A stretch of 64,000 bases of DNA, taken from the IMG/VR virus record IMGVR_UViG_3300039412_000320; one strand, given 5' to 3'. The notes beneath the pieces are model-generated. The model was not told the origin of the DNA. It worked only from the letters and a program-made list of their open reading frames with translations, and did not search any database. A program made the position numbers and the translations under genes. This DNA is from a virus. This document shows, piece after piece, positions 38,180 to 47,517 of the stretch (positions are counted from its first letter, which is position 1; the number at the start of each line of letters is the position of its first letter).

Positions 38180-38962
38180 TTATTGTGGGATGAAGGACTC
38201 GGGTGGGTCAGGCTTCTTAATGACCTTCCCCGTGTCTCTTGCCCAATCCTGAAGGTCTTGAATCGTAAACCACCCGGAATTGTACTTGCTCTGTTCAAAC
38301 GGGTTGAGCCAGACAACAAGCTCTCCACTCTTATTATACCTCGGTGAGAGAGCAAAAAATCCCTTTTTCTTTTTCCGTAGCAAACTTTCTATACGGGTCC
38401 GCTTGAACTCCCGGCGAACCCTGTTGTCCAGACGGTCTGTATTCACCCACGCCTTCTTCACCGCCTTGGGCATCTGACTGATAATAATGAAAGCGAGACT
38501 GGAGCCCTGAGCCCACCCGGAGGAGAGTCGGGCAATGGCGATGTCCTTGCGCAAGAAGGCTTCGTAGACCTGCTTGAGCCGCACAATCTCCATCTTGTCA
38601 TCGGAGGTAATACAGAAGGACTCCTCATCCCACGCAGCGTACATGCCTTTGCGGTTGGTCAGCCCAAGAGTTTTCCAGTAGCGTATTTCCACCGGCTCAC
38701 GCTCTTCAAGCCAAAGGGATACAGAATCGGGAAGAAGAATCCCTTGACGATGCCTGCATTTGACCCACATGAGGCCCTCTGCGACCTTGATAATCTTGCG
38801 GCGGTTCATGCCGAGAAACCGGGTGTCTGATGTGACCCCGAAACGGTCCAGCAACTTGGCAATACCCCACTCGTGCTCGGCGCAGAAATCATAGCCGAGA
38901 ATGGCACCCCACACCCGCCCATGTTCCGTGGGAATGCTAACATCGAAGTATCCGGTTCTCAT
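38180..38962 (-). CDS. hypothetical protein (start at MRTGYFDVS)
   Basis: ORF 38180..39103 trimmed to Met that removes overlap with 38964..39251. Confidence 0.5.
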   Translation of the reverse strand: MRTGYFDVSIPTEHGRVWGAILGYDFCAEHEWGIAKLLDRFGVTSDTRFLGMNRRKIIKVAEGLMWVKCRHRQGILLPDSVSLWLEEREPVEIRYWKTLGLTNRKGMYAAWDEESFCITSDDKMEIVRLKQVYEAFLRKDIAIARLSSGWAQGSSLAFIIISQMPKAVKKAWVNTDRLDNRVRREFKRTRIESLLRKKKKGFFALSPRYNKSGELVVWLNPFEQSKYNSGWFTIQDLQDWARDTGKVIKKPDPPESFIPQ

Positions 38963-38963
38963 A

Positions 38964-39251
38964 TCAACTCCTTGCTTGGGTGAAATGACCCTTTCCTCGG
39001 TTGGGGCGTTTCTGCTGGAGCACCGGGTGCTCAGTGATAAATGCCCAATGCGGGTTGGCTTCCAAAAGTTCGTGATAAAAATCCTGCATTTCCATGAAGT
39101 CACCCTTGGTGTTTCCCGGATGAACCCCCGGACGCATCCGGTCCGAAGCCTGCTTGTAAAGTCCCTTTAACCGCTTCCGGCTAATCGGAAGGATTACACG
39201 GAAGTACTTCCACGCTCGGGCTTCCGCCCGGCGCTGGTCAAGTTCTTTCAT
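38964..39251 (-). CDS. hypothetical protein (95 aa)
   Basis: ORF in track. Confidence 0.4.
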   Translation of the reverse strand: MKELDQRRAEARAWKYFRVILPISRKRLKGLYKQASDRMRPGVHPGNTKGDFMEMQDFYHELLEANPHWAFITEHPVLQQKRPNRGKGHFTQARS

Positions 39252-39310
39252 ATTAAACTCCTTGCCTCAATGCCGTAGCAGAGGCTAATCTTCCATTGAA
39301 ATTTGGTGTC

Positions 39311-39478
39311 TTACCAACCAGCCGTCAGGTTCCTTCCCAAACGACGGGCATCTGCGAGCAAGTAAGGAAGCATTTCTAAACGCACACGCTCATACCTTGC
39401 CTTGCGCTCTTCTTCGGTTTCTTGGGGAGCTATCCCCATTTTACTCAGAAACTCAAGGTCTTGCGTGGTCATTTCCAT
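39311..39478 (-). CDS. small hypothetical protein (55 aa), not in ORF track
   Basis: Manual translation MEMTTQDLEFLSKMGIAPQETEEERKARYERVRLEMLPYLLADARRLGRNLTAGW*; GGAGGGAAGT directly upstream; preceded by type-A repeat. Confidence 0.35.
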   Translation of the reverse strand: MEMTTQDLEFLSKMGIAPQETEEERKARYERVRLEMLPYLLADARRLGRNLTAGW

Positions 39479-39483
39479 ACTTC

Positions 39484-39506
39484 CCTCCACCTACAGTATA
39501 CCACGG
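39484..39506 (-). promoter_or_regulatory. type-A promoter/RBS cassette, copy 1 (minus-sense CCGTGGTATACTGTAGGTGGAGG)
   Basis: -10-like TATACT followed about 7 nt later by GGAGG SD and ATG of small ORF 39311..39478. Confidence 0.5.
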
Positions 39507-39516
39507 GAAAGGGAAT

Positions 39517-39993
39517 TTATGCAGATAAAAGTGCAAGAGCGGCGTAGTACATGAGAATTAAATGCATGGTGTTGTCCGCCGCCGCATAAACCAACCCGGT
39601 GAATGCCGCCCGGAGAGCATGGTAGTTAGAGACCTGCTCGAACTTGACGGGGATGCCCTCCTTACCATGCTCCAAAAACTCTTCAAGAGACCGCCCTCGT
39701 ATCAATTTAAGCCACTTGTCCGCCAATCCATAGCGGTCAATATAGAAGTGACTGACAAAAACCCAAAGCGGCCATAAAACAAAACGAATAAAGGGGTCCA
39801 ACCCAATGAACAGGGGAAACGTCGTCGCCGTAACTGCCAAGGTATAGAGAAGGCAGTGAACAGCACATTTGAAGTGACTGGAGCTCTTGTTCATCGCCAT
39901 CCACTTATTCTGGAGAAGATAATCCCCAATCAAATGCCCGAGAAATATCGGGGCAAACGGGTCGGAAGAACTCATAAACCCCCTATTCGTCAA
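39517..39993 (-). CDS. DUF3307-like integral membrane protein
   Basis: HLIGDYLLQ motif near N-terminus and multiple hydrophobic helices. Confidence 0.5.
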   Translation of the reverse strand: MTNRGFMSSSDPFAPIFLGHLIGDYLLQNKWMAMNKSSSHFKCAVHCLLYTLAVTATTFPLFIGLDPFIRFVLWPLWVFVSHFYIDRYGLADKWLKLIRGRSLEEFLEHGKEGIPVKFEQVSNYHALRAAFTGLVYAAADNTMHLILMYYAALALLSA

Positions 39994-40321
39994 GTCGTGA
40001 GATTTCGCTGGTGGTGCGCAACAGCGCCCGGAGACCCTTAGCGTGCTTGCAGGGGGTCTTGACGCCGGTCAAAACCAATCCGAATTTGAAGGCACAGTCC
40101 GTGCAGGTGCAGATGATGTTTGCCGAACCGTTCCCCCAGCCCGCCTTCCGGGTCTTGACTGCTTGCAGCATGTACCCGGCCTCGGGGTCGGTCAACGATG
40201 GGGTAACGAACGTTCTGACCGCCACGCCATCGGGAAGCTGAGCGGTGATGCGCTGCGGGGTACCAATTTCCAGATAATCACCCGGCATTAGACCGGGGTA
40301 TTGCTTGATGATGGATGCCAT
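39983..40321 (-). CDS. small SWIM-like zinc-finger protein
   Basis: ICTCTDCAFKFGLVLTGVKTPCKHAKG fits CxCx(n)CxH. Confidence 0.45.
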   Translation of the reverse strand: MASIIKQYPGLMPGDYLEIGTPQRITAQLPDGVAVRTFVTPSLTDPEAGYMLQAVKTRKAGWGNGSANIICTCTDCAFKFGLVLTGVKTPCKHAKGLRALLRTTSEISRLDE

Positions 40322-40369
40322 ACATCCTCCTATAACACACAGTAATAAATACTGAACTTTTAAGGGTTT

Positions 40370-41068
40370 TTAATGCTTGCCACAGACACAGGGTAAACCA
40401 CGGTTTATGTGCTGATGCTTGCAACGTGCCTTAAGATTCCCAGTATTGGCAACCGCTATTTTATCTCGCTGGGCTTTCGGCATCACATATCCTGTATGCG
40501 CTAAGGACATATTTCTCCTTATTTCGTCAGTATACACTCTTTCCCTTGCCATCTTAGCTATCCGCTGGCGCTCAGACTCGGGCATACCTTGCTCTATCTT
40601 TATCTTGGATAGGAGCCGTTTCTGTGCTTCAGACATTGGGCCTTTCTTCTTGCCCCGCTGAATATCCCCAATGAGCTTTCTGGTCTCCTTAGAATGATGC
40701 CAACCACCTGATGCTATCCGGCTAGTAATGGTTTTCCTACGCCGGTCCTCAGTCCACTTAGTACCCAAACAACTTCCCGCCTTCGGAAGAGTGTTATAGC
40801 CGTTTTTGTAACTACCATAAAAATCTAGCCAATGCTGCTCTCGGGCTATGAGGGTCTCCCGGACAGGCTCGCATTGTTCAATAACTACAAATTCCCACGC
40901 CTGTTTTCCGTACTTTCTCCACGCTCGGAGAAATTTCTGACCACTGTGGATTCCCCTGCTAAGCTCCTTAAGGTGGGTTGCTTTTCGTCTTTCAATGTGG
41001 ACAGAGCTTCCGATGTACCACTTTTCTGTTATCGTATTTCTCCACCCGTAGACGCCGCTAGTCTTCAT
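40370..41068 (-). CDS. GIY-YIG homing endonuclease (paralog of 43974..44606)
   Basis: GVYGWRNTITEKWYIGSS...R...GYNTLPKAG; C-terminus CKHQHINRGLPCVCGKH shared with paralog. Confidence 0.85.
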   Translation of the reverse strand: MKTSGVYGWRNTITEKWYIGSSVHIERRKATHLKELSRGIHSGQKFLRAWRKYGKQAWEFVVIEQCEPVRETLIAREQHWLDFYGSYKNGYNTLPKAGSCLGTKWTEDRRRKTITSRIASGGWHHSKETRKLIGDIQRGKKKGPMSEAQKRLLSKIKIEQGMPESERQRIAKMARERVYTDEIRRNMSLAHTGYVMPKAQRDKIAVANTGNLKARCKHQHINRGLPCVCGKH

Positions 41069-41107
41069 TCTTCTTCTACCTCTGTATTAGGAGTAGAAAG
41101 TTGATAT

Positions 41108-43909
41108 TTACAAAACTCCGATTTCAGAAAGGAACCTAGAGGGTCGAACGGAGATTGTATTGGGTCCACGGAATTCCAATGCATGAACACAAATGTTCAA
41201 AACATCCTTTGCCCTCGTACAGGCCACGTATAGAAGCCTCCGCTCCTCCTCCCACTCGGTTGGAGTAGTACAAAAACGGTGGGGAATGCTGCCCTCAGTG
41301 ACATTGGTGACATAGACCCGACGCCACTCTAACCCCTTGGCGCTGTGGATGGTACTGATGGTTACGGCCCCCTCTTCATCATCTTCATCGGTGGGGCGCT
41401 CCATGGCAAGCTGAAACACAAGGTCTTCGGCAGATAAACCGGTATCATTGACCAGACCTTCCACCAAAGAAACAAACCGGTCAATGTTCTCACACTTCGT
41501 CCGTGCCTTGCTGGCCTCCCGTGCATACTTCTGATTGATGTAATCCTTGTACCGAAAGAGGTTAATGATTTCCTCTAAAGCGGCCATTGGAGAAGAAAGG
41601 CGGCTCTTCACTTCCCCCATTGCCCGAGAGAACAAGTCAAGTTTATCATTGGTACCGCACGCCGCCAGCAGGTCGCCGCCGTGGTCGGCCTCCGCCCGGA
41701 CTCGTATCTTTTCGATGGCTACATCCCCGACTCCCCGCTTGGGAGTGCTGATTGCCCGACTAAAAGCGGGGTAATCTTTGGGGTTGACCGCCAGACGGAA
41801 ATAAGAAAGCAGGTCTTTGATTTCCTCGGTTTGAAGTAATCCCCTGCCGCCCCGGACGATATAAGGGATACGCAGGCGAACGAGCGCACCTTCTAGGTCC
41901 CGGACCTGGATGGCGCTACGCACGAGGATGGCATTATCCTTGTAGTCAATGTGCTTTCCCTTAACGCCATTGTCGTGTTGTATCTCCCGAGCGATGATGT
42001 TGGCGATTTCTCCCGGCGTGCTAGAACGAATGAGCCGGGCGGTGCCGGTCTCTACTTCCTTGTCCCCCTCCATTCCCCGGAACACTTGCATCTTGAGGGG
42101 AATGACCTCGGTCATCGTGGCATTGATGCGGTTGGATAACCGGATGATGGCGGGAAGGCTCCGGTGGTTGCGAGAGATACGATACAGGTCCGGTACATGC
42201 CCACGCCAGCCCTCACTAAACTCCTTGAGCAACCGTGGCTCTGCCCCCTGAAAGGCGTAGATAGAATTCCCAACCGGTACTTCATCAGCTACATATCTAT
42301 GGTCTATCTCTACGTCAAGGGAGTACACTAACCCGGAGTAATTCTCGGAGATGACTGAAGTTATCGGAGAACTACCCCTGTCTTCCAGATGAGGCAATTC
42401 CATAACTTCAGGAATAAGGTTGGCTGCGACTATCTTGAAATATGGACTCCGTCCCCAATTCTGCCTGTTCTTTTCAGGCTTACTCCATATGGGGTATTCA
42501 AATAGAAGACCTTGGTCCTCCAGACACCTATACCCGCCACTGGGGTCAGACGCAGCAAATATCCGCTTCACCTGTTCGATGCTTTTTTCGGATAGTCCGT
42601 AATTTTCAAATTCGGTATGAGGTATGCCGTACCTAAGAGAAAATATCTGTTCTTGGGTCTCTGCTTCAATGTGGTCATCTGTAATTTTTAGCAACCACAT
42701 CTTGTCGCATTTCTGAACCGCCGCCCTTCGGGCGAACAAGCTGACATTGCCAGACCCTTTGAGCGTAACCCTACCGACCCTAAATCCCCAGTCCTGTCGC
42801 CACATAAGATAGACTGCAAAAACTCTTCTCGTGGTCAAGGATGGAGAAAATCTAGCCCAGAACCAGTGATTGGGGGTAACTCTGGTTGTATTTCCCTTAT
42901 AGGATACAGAAAGCATCCTTCCATTATACATACGGCTAGAAGTCTTTATCTTTCTTCCATCTAAAACCACAAACTGCTTCTTCTGCCCCCTTCTACAAAC
43001 CCAAAACGGGCTCCAAGACACGACTCTGTTGCCATCACGAAGCTCGCTTATATCCTTTAACGTGACTTTTGCACCTGAAAGTTTGTATGCTCGCTTCTCA
43101 AGCACTCTTACCTTTGTTCCCGCAGGCTGACATTGGGCCAAATCTCCGACCATATACAGGTTTTGATTAGAGTCGGGTAGCAAGTTATTGACAAAAACAT
43201 GCTGGGTCGGGCTGAGGTCTTGACTTTCATCGACCAAAACATGCCAAAACCGAGATTGGAGCTTCAGTTTCCATGCTGACTGCTCTGCTGCTCGTTTATT
43301 TACCAGTAACACCATGTCGTCAAAATCCACCATCCGGCACTTTTTCTTCTCTTCCTCGAAGCTGTACCAAATCTTGGTCTCCCAGTCTTCCAGAGCGTGA
43401 TATCCGGCGTGGTGTTCAAGGGCCTCCTCATGCACTTCATCGGTGTAGTCGGCGGAGAATCCTATCCCCCGTGCCCGATGGTAGCCGAGCTTCTCAAGGA
43501 ACCGATAGGGATTGTGTTCCTCCCCCGGTTCGGGCTTGCTCCGTTCGATGAGCTTCTTTACCATTTGAGATTGGTCATAGTCGTCCATCGGTGTGACCCT
43601 TCCCTCGAATCCGAAACCCTCGGGGTCTTTACGGATGGCATTCAAGGCAAGGCTGTGGATGGTACTGATGTGCGGTCTCTCGGTGGTAAGGTTATCGTCA
43701 GAGCCACAAACACGTCTCTCCAGTTCGGATGCCGCCTTCGAGGTAAAGGTTATGGCCGCAATCCGAAAAGGAGGCACCCCTTGAGTCATCAACCATCGCA
43801 CTCTCTCTGTCAAGGTAGCGGTCTTACCAGAACCGGCACCAGCTATCAAACAAGCGGGACGCCCTATTGGATGAGCCACGGCTCTGATTTGCTCGTCAGT
43901 AAGTTGCAC
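41108..43909 (-). CDS. UvrD/PcrA-family SF1 DNA helicase interrupted by an intein in helicase motif III
   Basis: Walker A AGAGSGKTAT; DESQD; motif III split as GDLAQ|C...intein...N|SIYAFQGA; extein about 644 aa. Confidence 0.85.
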   Translation of the reverse strand: MQLTDEQIRAVAHPIGRPACLIAGAGSGKTATLTERVRWLMTQGVPPFRIAAITFTSKAASELERRVCGSDDNLTTERPHISTIHSLALNAIRKDPEGFGFEGRVTPMDDYDQSQMVKKLIERSKPEPGEEHNPYRFLEKLGYHRARGIGFSADYTDEVHEEALEHHAGYHALEDWETKIWYSFEEEKKKCRMVDFDDMVLLVNKRAAEQSAWKLKLQSRFWHVLVDESQDLSPTQHVFVNNLLPDSNQNLYMVGDLAQCQPAGTKVRVLEKRAYKLSGAKVTLKDISELRDGNRVVSWSPFWVCRRGQKKQFVVLDGRKIKTSSRMYNGRMLSVSYKGNTTRVTPNHWFWARFSPSLTTRRVFAVYLMWRQDWGFRVGRVTLKGSGNVSLFARRAAVQKCDKMWLLKITDDHIEAETQEQIFSLRYGIPHTEFENYGLSEKSIEQVKRIFAASDPSGGYRCLEDQGLLFEYPIWSKPEKNRQNWGRSPYFKIVAANLIPEVMELPHLEDRGSSPITSVISENYSGLVYSLDVEIDHRYVADEVPVGNSIYAFQGAEPRLLKEFSEGWRGHVPDLYRISRNHRSLPAIIRLSNRINATMTEVIPLKMQVFRGMEGDKEVETGTARLIRSSTPGEIANIIAREIQHDNGVKGKHIDYKDNAILVRSAIQVRDLEGALVRLRIPYIVRGGRGLLQTEEIKDLLSYFRLAVNPKDYPAFSRAISTPKRGVGDVAIEKIRVRAEADHGGDLLAACGTNDKLDLFSRAMGEVKSRLSSPMAALEEIINLFRYKDYINQKYAREASKARTKCENIDRFVSLVEGLVNDTGLSAEDLVFQLAMERPTDEDDEEGAVTISTIHSAKGLEWRRVYVTNVTEGSIPHRFCTTPTEWEEERRLLYVACTRAKDVLNICVHALEFRGPNTISVRPSRFLSEIGVL
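42266..43132 (-). mobile_element. intein (289 aa) inside UvrD-like helicase
   Basis: Begins with Cys after GDLAQ; block B TPNHWFWA (TxxH); C-terminal VYSLDVEIDHRYVADEVPVGN followed by Ser matches VYDLxVExxHNFVANGxxVHN|S; no clear LAGLIDADG or HNH motif. Confidence 0.7.
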
Positions 43910-43973
43910 GGAACCTCACTTTGTTCGTAAACGTGACCTAAATGACTACCGAAATTATACTTAGGAGGAGCCT

Positions 43974-44606
43974 ATGAGTAAAATGTGCGGCGTCTATTCA
44001 ATCACTAATACTGAAAATGGAAAAAAGTACATCGGGTCAAGCGTCAACATCTACCATCGGTGGAGACTGCACCGCTGGAGGCTTGATAGGGGGGAACACC
44101 ATTCCCCTCACCTTCAAAGTAGTTGGAAAAAACGAGGACCGAAAGCATTCAAGTTTGAGGTCCTGCTTGAATGCGACCGAGATTCACTTATAAAATACGA
44201 ACAGGAATTCATAGACCGTTTTAATACCACCCAAAACGGGTACAACATCTGTCCTGTAGCGGGCAATTGTCTTGGGTTATCCCCATCTCCTGAGACCCGT
44301 GCCAAATTAGCAAAAGCTTGGAAAGGAAGGAAACATACCAAGGCCAGCAGGCGGTTGATGTCCTTGGCTACAAGAGGTGTGCCCAAATCTTATGCTCACA
44401 AGGCGGCGTTACGGGGACCCCGTGGTAAGCTGGAAAATATCCGTTTATCTAAACTGGGGGATAAGAATCCCAATTTTGGCAAGCCCCGTTCAGAGGAGAC
44501 AAAACGAAAGATAGCTGAGGCACAAAGAGGTATTCCACGGAAGGGAAATTGTCTTCGATGGAACATCAACCGTGGGAAGTCCTGCACCTGTGGAAAGCAT
44601 CTTTAG
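43974..44606 (+). CDS. GIY-YIG homing endonuclease (paralog of 40370..41068, inverted orientation)
   Basis: CGVYSITNTENGKKYIGSS...HRW...GYNICPVAG; C-terminus CLRWNINRGKSCTCGKHL. Confidence 0.85.
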   Translation: MSKMCGVYSITNTENGKKYIGSSVNIYHRWRLHRWRLDRGEHHSPHLQSSWKKRGPKAFKFEVLLECDRDSLIKYEQEFIDRFNTTQNGYNICPVAGNCLGLSPSPETRAKLAKAWKGRKHTKASRRLMSLATRGVPKSYAHKAALRGPRGKLENIRLSKLGDKNPNFGKPRSEETKRKIAEAQRGIPRKGNCLRWNINRGKSCTCGKHL

Positions 44607-45055
44607 CTAGACATATTACGTTCACCAAAAAATATACCCTTGGGGTTACCGGTTTCTAATCTTGTCATTTCCTCTACGATTTTACTACTTACACTTTCAG
44701 ATAATTGATTTGTAGATAAAGCATCCCGAAGAGCAAACCACGCTTGTCCTACCGGGGTTTTATCCCACAACCATTGACGATACGCTTCTACAGTTTTATG
44801 CCCTTTTCTACAGTTACAGGTTTTACAACAGGCTACCAAATTAGATAGTTGGTTTCCTCCTTCGGGGTTTTGATGGTCTCTAGTATAGTTATGACTCAAA
44901 CTATTTGGGTCACAGATTAAGACTACGCCACAATACCAGCAACGTTCTTTACTCAATTGTAACGTTTCCAAGGACGAGGGGAACCTCATATTAAATCTTC
45001 TTGGAATATCCCTCTGTTTCCGATACTCATCGCAATAAGCGTCGTAGTTGGACAT
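44603..45055 (-). CDS. HNH endonuclease
   Basis: CWYCG...HNYTRDHQNPEGGNQLSNLVACCKTCNCRKG. Confidence 0.75.
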   Translation of the reverse strand: MSNYDAYCDEYRKQRDIPRRFNMRFPSSLETLQLSKERCWYCGVVLICDPNSLSHNYTRDHQNPEGGNQLSNLVACCKTCNCRKGHKTVEAYRQWLWDKTPVGQAWFALRDALSTNQLSESVSSKIVEEMTRLETGNPKGIFFGERNMSS

Positions 45056-45066
45056 GTGTCCTCCTG

Positions 45067-45276
45067 CTACTTCACGTTACCCCTTGGTCCACGCCACTCA
45101 ACATCCGTGTAGGTGGTTGCCTTGACCCTTTCAACCGCCCGGTCAAGGTTCCTTTGTTCTCGTTCCCTATCCTGTACACGCTTGCGCCAACGAAGTAAGT
45201 GTTTGATGACGACGATAATGAAACAACCCCCTGTGGTGTAAAGACACAGGGTCGTGATAGAGTTCAGGTCAATCAT
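45067..45276 (-). CDS. small membrane protein (start at internal MIDLNSITT)
   Basis: Hydrophobic segment TLCLYTTGGCFIIVVIKHLL then charged tail; upstream part of track ORF looks spurious. Confidence 0.3.
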   Translation of the reverse strand: MIDLNSITTLCLYTTGGCFIIVVIKHLLRWRKRVQDREREQRNLDRAVERVKATTYTDVEWRGPRGNVK

Positions 45277-45356
45277 GCATCTCCTAATGCCACTTGGAAT
45301 GCCAACGACGTTTGATGGGCGGCTTTTGTCCAAGGTGCTTGCAACGTTCCACACTT

Positions 45357-45989
45357 TCAAGAAACAGTTGCCACAGTTCCTTTTTCCGGCGCTTCGACAG
45401 GAGGTACTTTGCCATTCCCATTCTCCCAAGAGTTATAATACCCACGCATGGGGTGAGGTTGATTGAAAGTGTTGAACATCCACTTGTATGTTTTGTCTTG
45501 CAAGCTCTTATGCCACTTGCGGGGACTCTCTGTGGACTCGTCGGTGTTCTCCGCCTCGTGCATGTATTCTTTCAAGGTCCCCGAGAGCCGGGCGAGGGGG
45601 AGGAATATCCACCATGGAGTAATGACGAATGCCATCTTGTCGGCGAGAGCTAAAGCCGATACCGGGTGCTCCGTCTGCCGAGCATAATACCTAGAATGGA
45701 ATAGACAGAACTCATACCATATTGGAGGATAGGTGGTCCAGAAATCGACACCCCCTTTCTTATCAAAGAGCCAGTGAGCCATCTGCGCCCCCAACTCCGG
45801 GTGGGTCCTACCCTCCTCCCCATCCATATTAGGCTTACCCCAATAGCCTAAATCATGGATAAAGAAGCACACCCAAAGTTTGAAGCTCTTGGGAAAGCCA
45901 AACAACTTCCACCATGCCCTCGCCAAAAACAAAGGGTGAAGTAGAAAGTGATGGTCCCCGAATAGCAGGCTTTTTGTGCCATTTCTCAT
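45357..45989 (-). CDS. HD-domain-like phosphohydrolase (tentative)
   Basis: FFIHDLGYWGK resembles the HD motif H..HD.GK, with an upstream His. Confidence 0.4.
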   Translation of the reverse strand: MRNGTKSLLFGDHHFLLHPLFLARAWWKLFGFPKSFKLWVCFFIHDLGYWGKPNMDGEEGRTHPELGAQMAHWLFDKKGGVDFWTTYPPIWYEFCLFHSRYYARQTEHPVSALALADKMAFVITPWWIFLPLARLSGTLKEYMHEAENTDESTESPRKWHKSLQDKTYKWMFNTFNQPHPMRGYYNSWENGNGKVPPVEAPEKGTVATVS

Positions 45990-45997
45990 AAGCTCTT

Positions 45998-46306
45998 CTA
46001 CGCCGGAATGACGTACCCATCATTGATTTCCCGTGCTCGGGATAAATCAAGAGGGGCGGTCGGGTTGGGATTCTCCGGGTCGTAATGCCGGGGAGCGAAT
46101 CCTCCGTTGCGGTCAAAGGACTGTAAAGCCGCAACAAGCAAAGTGGCCGCTTTGAGGACACCCTTACGTTGCTCTTCCGGTGTGGCTTTCATAGCCGCTG
46201 CCTCGCCAAGATAGATATTGGCGTAGGCAATCCAGTCATTCAGGGTGTTCTTATCGTCAAAGGCAGTGCCCCACGTATTTTCCTGATACACCCGTTCCTT
46301 AATCAT
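45998..46306 (-). CDS. hypothetical protein (102 aa)
   Basis: ORF in track; a 23-codon upstream ORF with strong SD ends in ATGA overlap with its start. Confidence 0.45.
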   Translation of the reverse strand: MIKERVYQENTWGTAFDDKNTLNDWIAYANIYLGEAAAMKATPEEQRKGVLKAATLLVAALQSFDRNGGFAPRHYDPENPNPTAPLDLSRAREINDGYVIPA

Positions 46307-46396
46307 GTCGGTGAGAATTCCGGCGAGGGCGGCGGTCTTCCCGTGCTGGCATCAATATGAACTGTCAACTCCATAGACTCCTCCTGCTGGATAATA

Positions 46397-46699
46397 CTAC
46401 TTTGCAGGGGAATCGAAGGCATCCGGGGCGAGAAATATCCGTTTGCCTATGGCGGTGAAGTAGGAATCAGGGTGGAGCTTTCGGTCCCGAAAGGTCTGCC
46501 AAGCGTAGCCGGTGTGACCGTTGATGGTCATTCCACCATAGTAGGCGGTGGTCCACTGGATACCAGCATCGGGGAATTTCATCATGACGTAGTAGATGCC
46601 GCTGTTACGAGCCGGTTCCTTGGTAGCACCGCTACTCTCGAAGAACACTTCGGCCTCGGTGTCCTTGCACCACTGCCAATACCGTTTGAACGGGTTCAT
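46397..46699 (-). CDS. hypothetical protein (100 aa)
   Basis: ORF in track. Confidence 0.45.
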   Translation of the reverse strand: MNPFKRYWQWCKDTEAEVFFESSGATKEPARNSGIYYVMMKFPDAGIQWTTAYYGGMTINGHTGYAWQTFRDRKLHPDSYFTAIGKRIFLAPDAFDSPAK

Positions 46700-47022
46700 G
46701 ATTTTCCCTCTTTCCTGAACGTGAAGGTTGGCTCATAAGTCTCATTGTAGCCGGGTTTGTCGTACTCCACTTGCCAGCCCACCGCCCGGTAAATTTCCTC
46801 TACATCCAGCCAGTGGTTATCGTAGATGTTCCTGTCATAGATGCAGGCCCCAGCTTCCTCTGCTTTCTTGAGAATGGGGGTGACAACACTCCGCTGACCA
46901 ACCACGGAATAAGTTCCGTTCCAGTTTTTGGCGATGAGTTCATTAAACGCCGCAATGACATAATCAGGGGTGATTTCCTGTTTCTTTCCAACAACTTCAT
47001 GTGGTTTAATGGGCGATAGCAT
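46696..47022 (-). CDS. hypothetical protein (108 aa)
   Basis: ORF in track; 4-nt overlap with next gene. Confidence 0.45.
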   Translation of the reverse strand: MLSPIKPHEVVGKKQEITPDYVIAAFNELIAKNWNGTYSVVGQRSVVTPILKKAEEAGACIYDRNIYDNHWLDVEEIYRAVGWQVEYDKPGYNETYEPTFTFRKEGKS

Positions 47023-47368
47023 TATTCCTCCAGTATCCTCGGAAATCCCATAATCCTCGGCGCTGCACTTCCCACATGGCCTTGCGGGTAGCTTCTGCTT
47101 CGGAGCGCCCCCTTCTCAAAACACGAACGCCGCTATACCCCCCGGAATTACGGAGGTCAGGGTGGGGCATGATGGTGATTTCCGCATCCCAACGCCACGC
47201 CCAGTTTTCCCATGGACCCCAATGCCGTATTTCGAGTGCAAGGGTCCGCTCACCATCCCGAAGGTGGACCGTATGGACAGGAGTCCACGCAAATTTCTGT
47301 GCTACCTTCGTCTTAGTTCCCATGCTTTCACCATTGGCACGGTGACAGAGCCGCCGCAGGTCGGACAC
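47006..47368 (-). CDS. hypothetical protein (120 aa)
   Basis: ORF in track. Confidence 0.4.
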   Translation of the reverse strand: MSDLRRLCHRANGESMGTKTKVAQKFAWTPVHTVHLRDGERTLALEIRHWGPWENWAWRWDAEITIMPHPDLRNSGGYSGVRVLRRGRSEAEATRKAMWEVQRRGLWDFRGYWRNNAIAH

Positions 47369-47517
47369 CCTATAGTTGCGTAATCCGGCTCCCGCTGACC
47401 ATCACCCTCATGAATCTTAACGTCGGAAGGTAGGTAGCTCAAGAGCGACCGGCATTCCGTACATTCGACTTCCTTTGGTTCCGATTTAGGCGGAGCCTTA
47501 AGCACCCTGATTGCCAT
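47302..47517 (-). CDS. small zinc-ribbon protein (71 aa)
   Basis: CTECRS...CPTCGG pair of CxxC. Confidence 0.4.
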   Translation of the reverse strand: MAIRVLKAPPKSEPKEVECTECRSLLSYLPSDVKIHEGDGQREPDYATIGCPTCGGSVTVPMVKAWELRRR

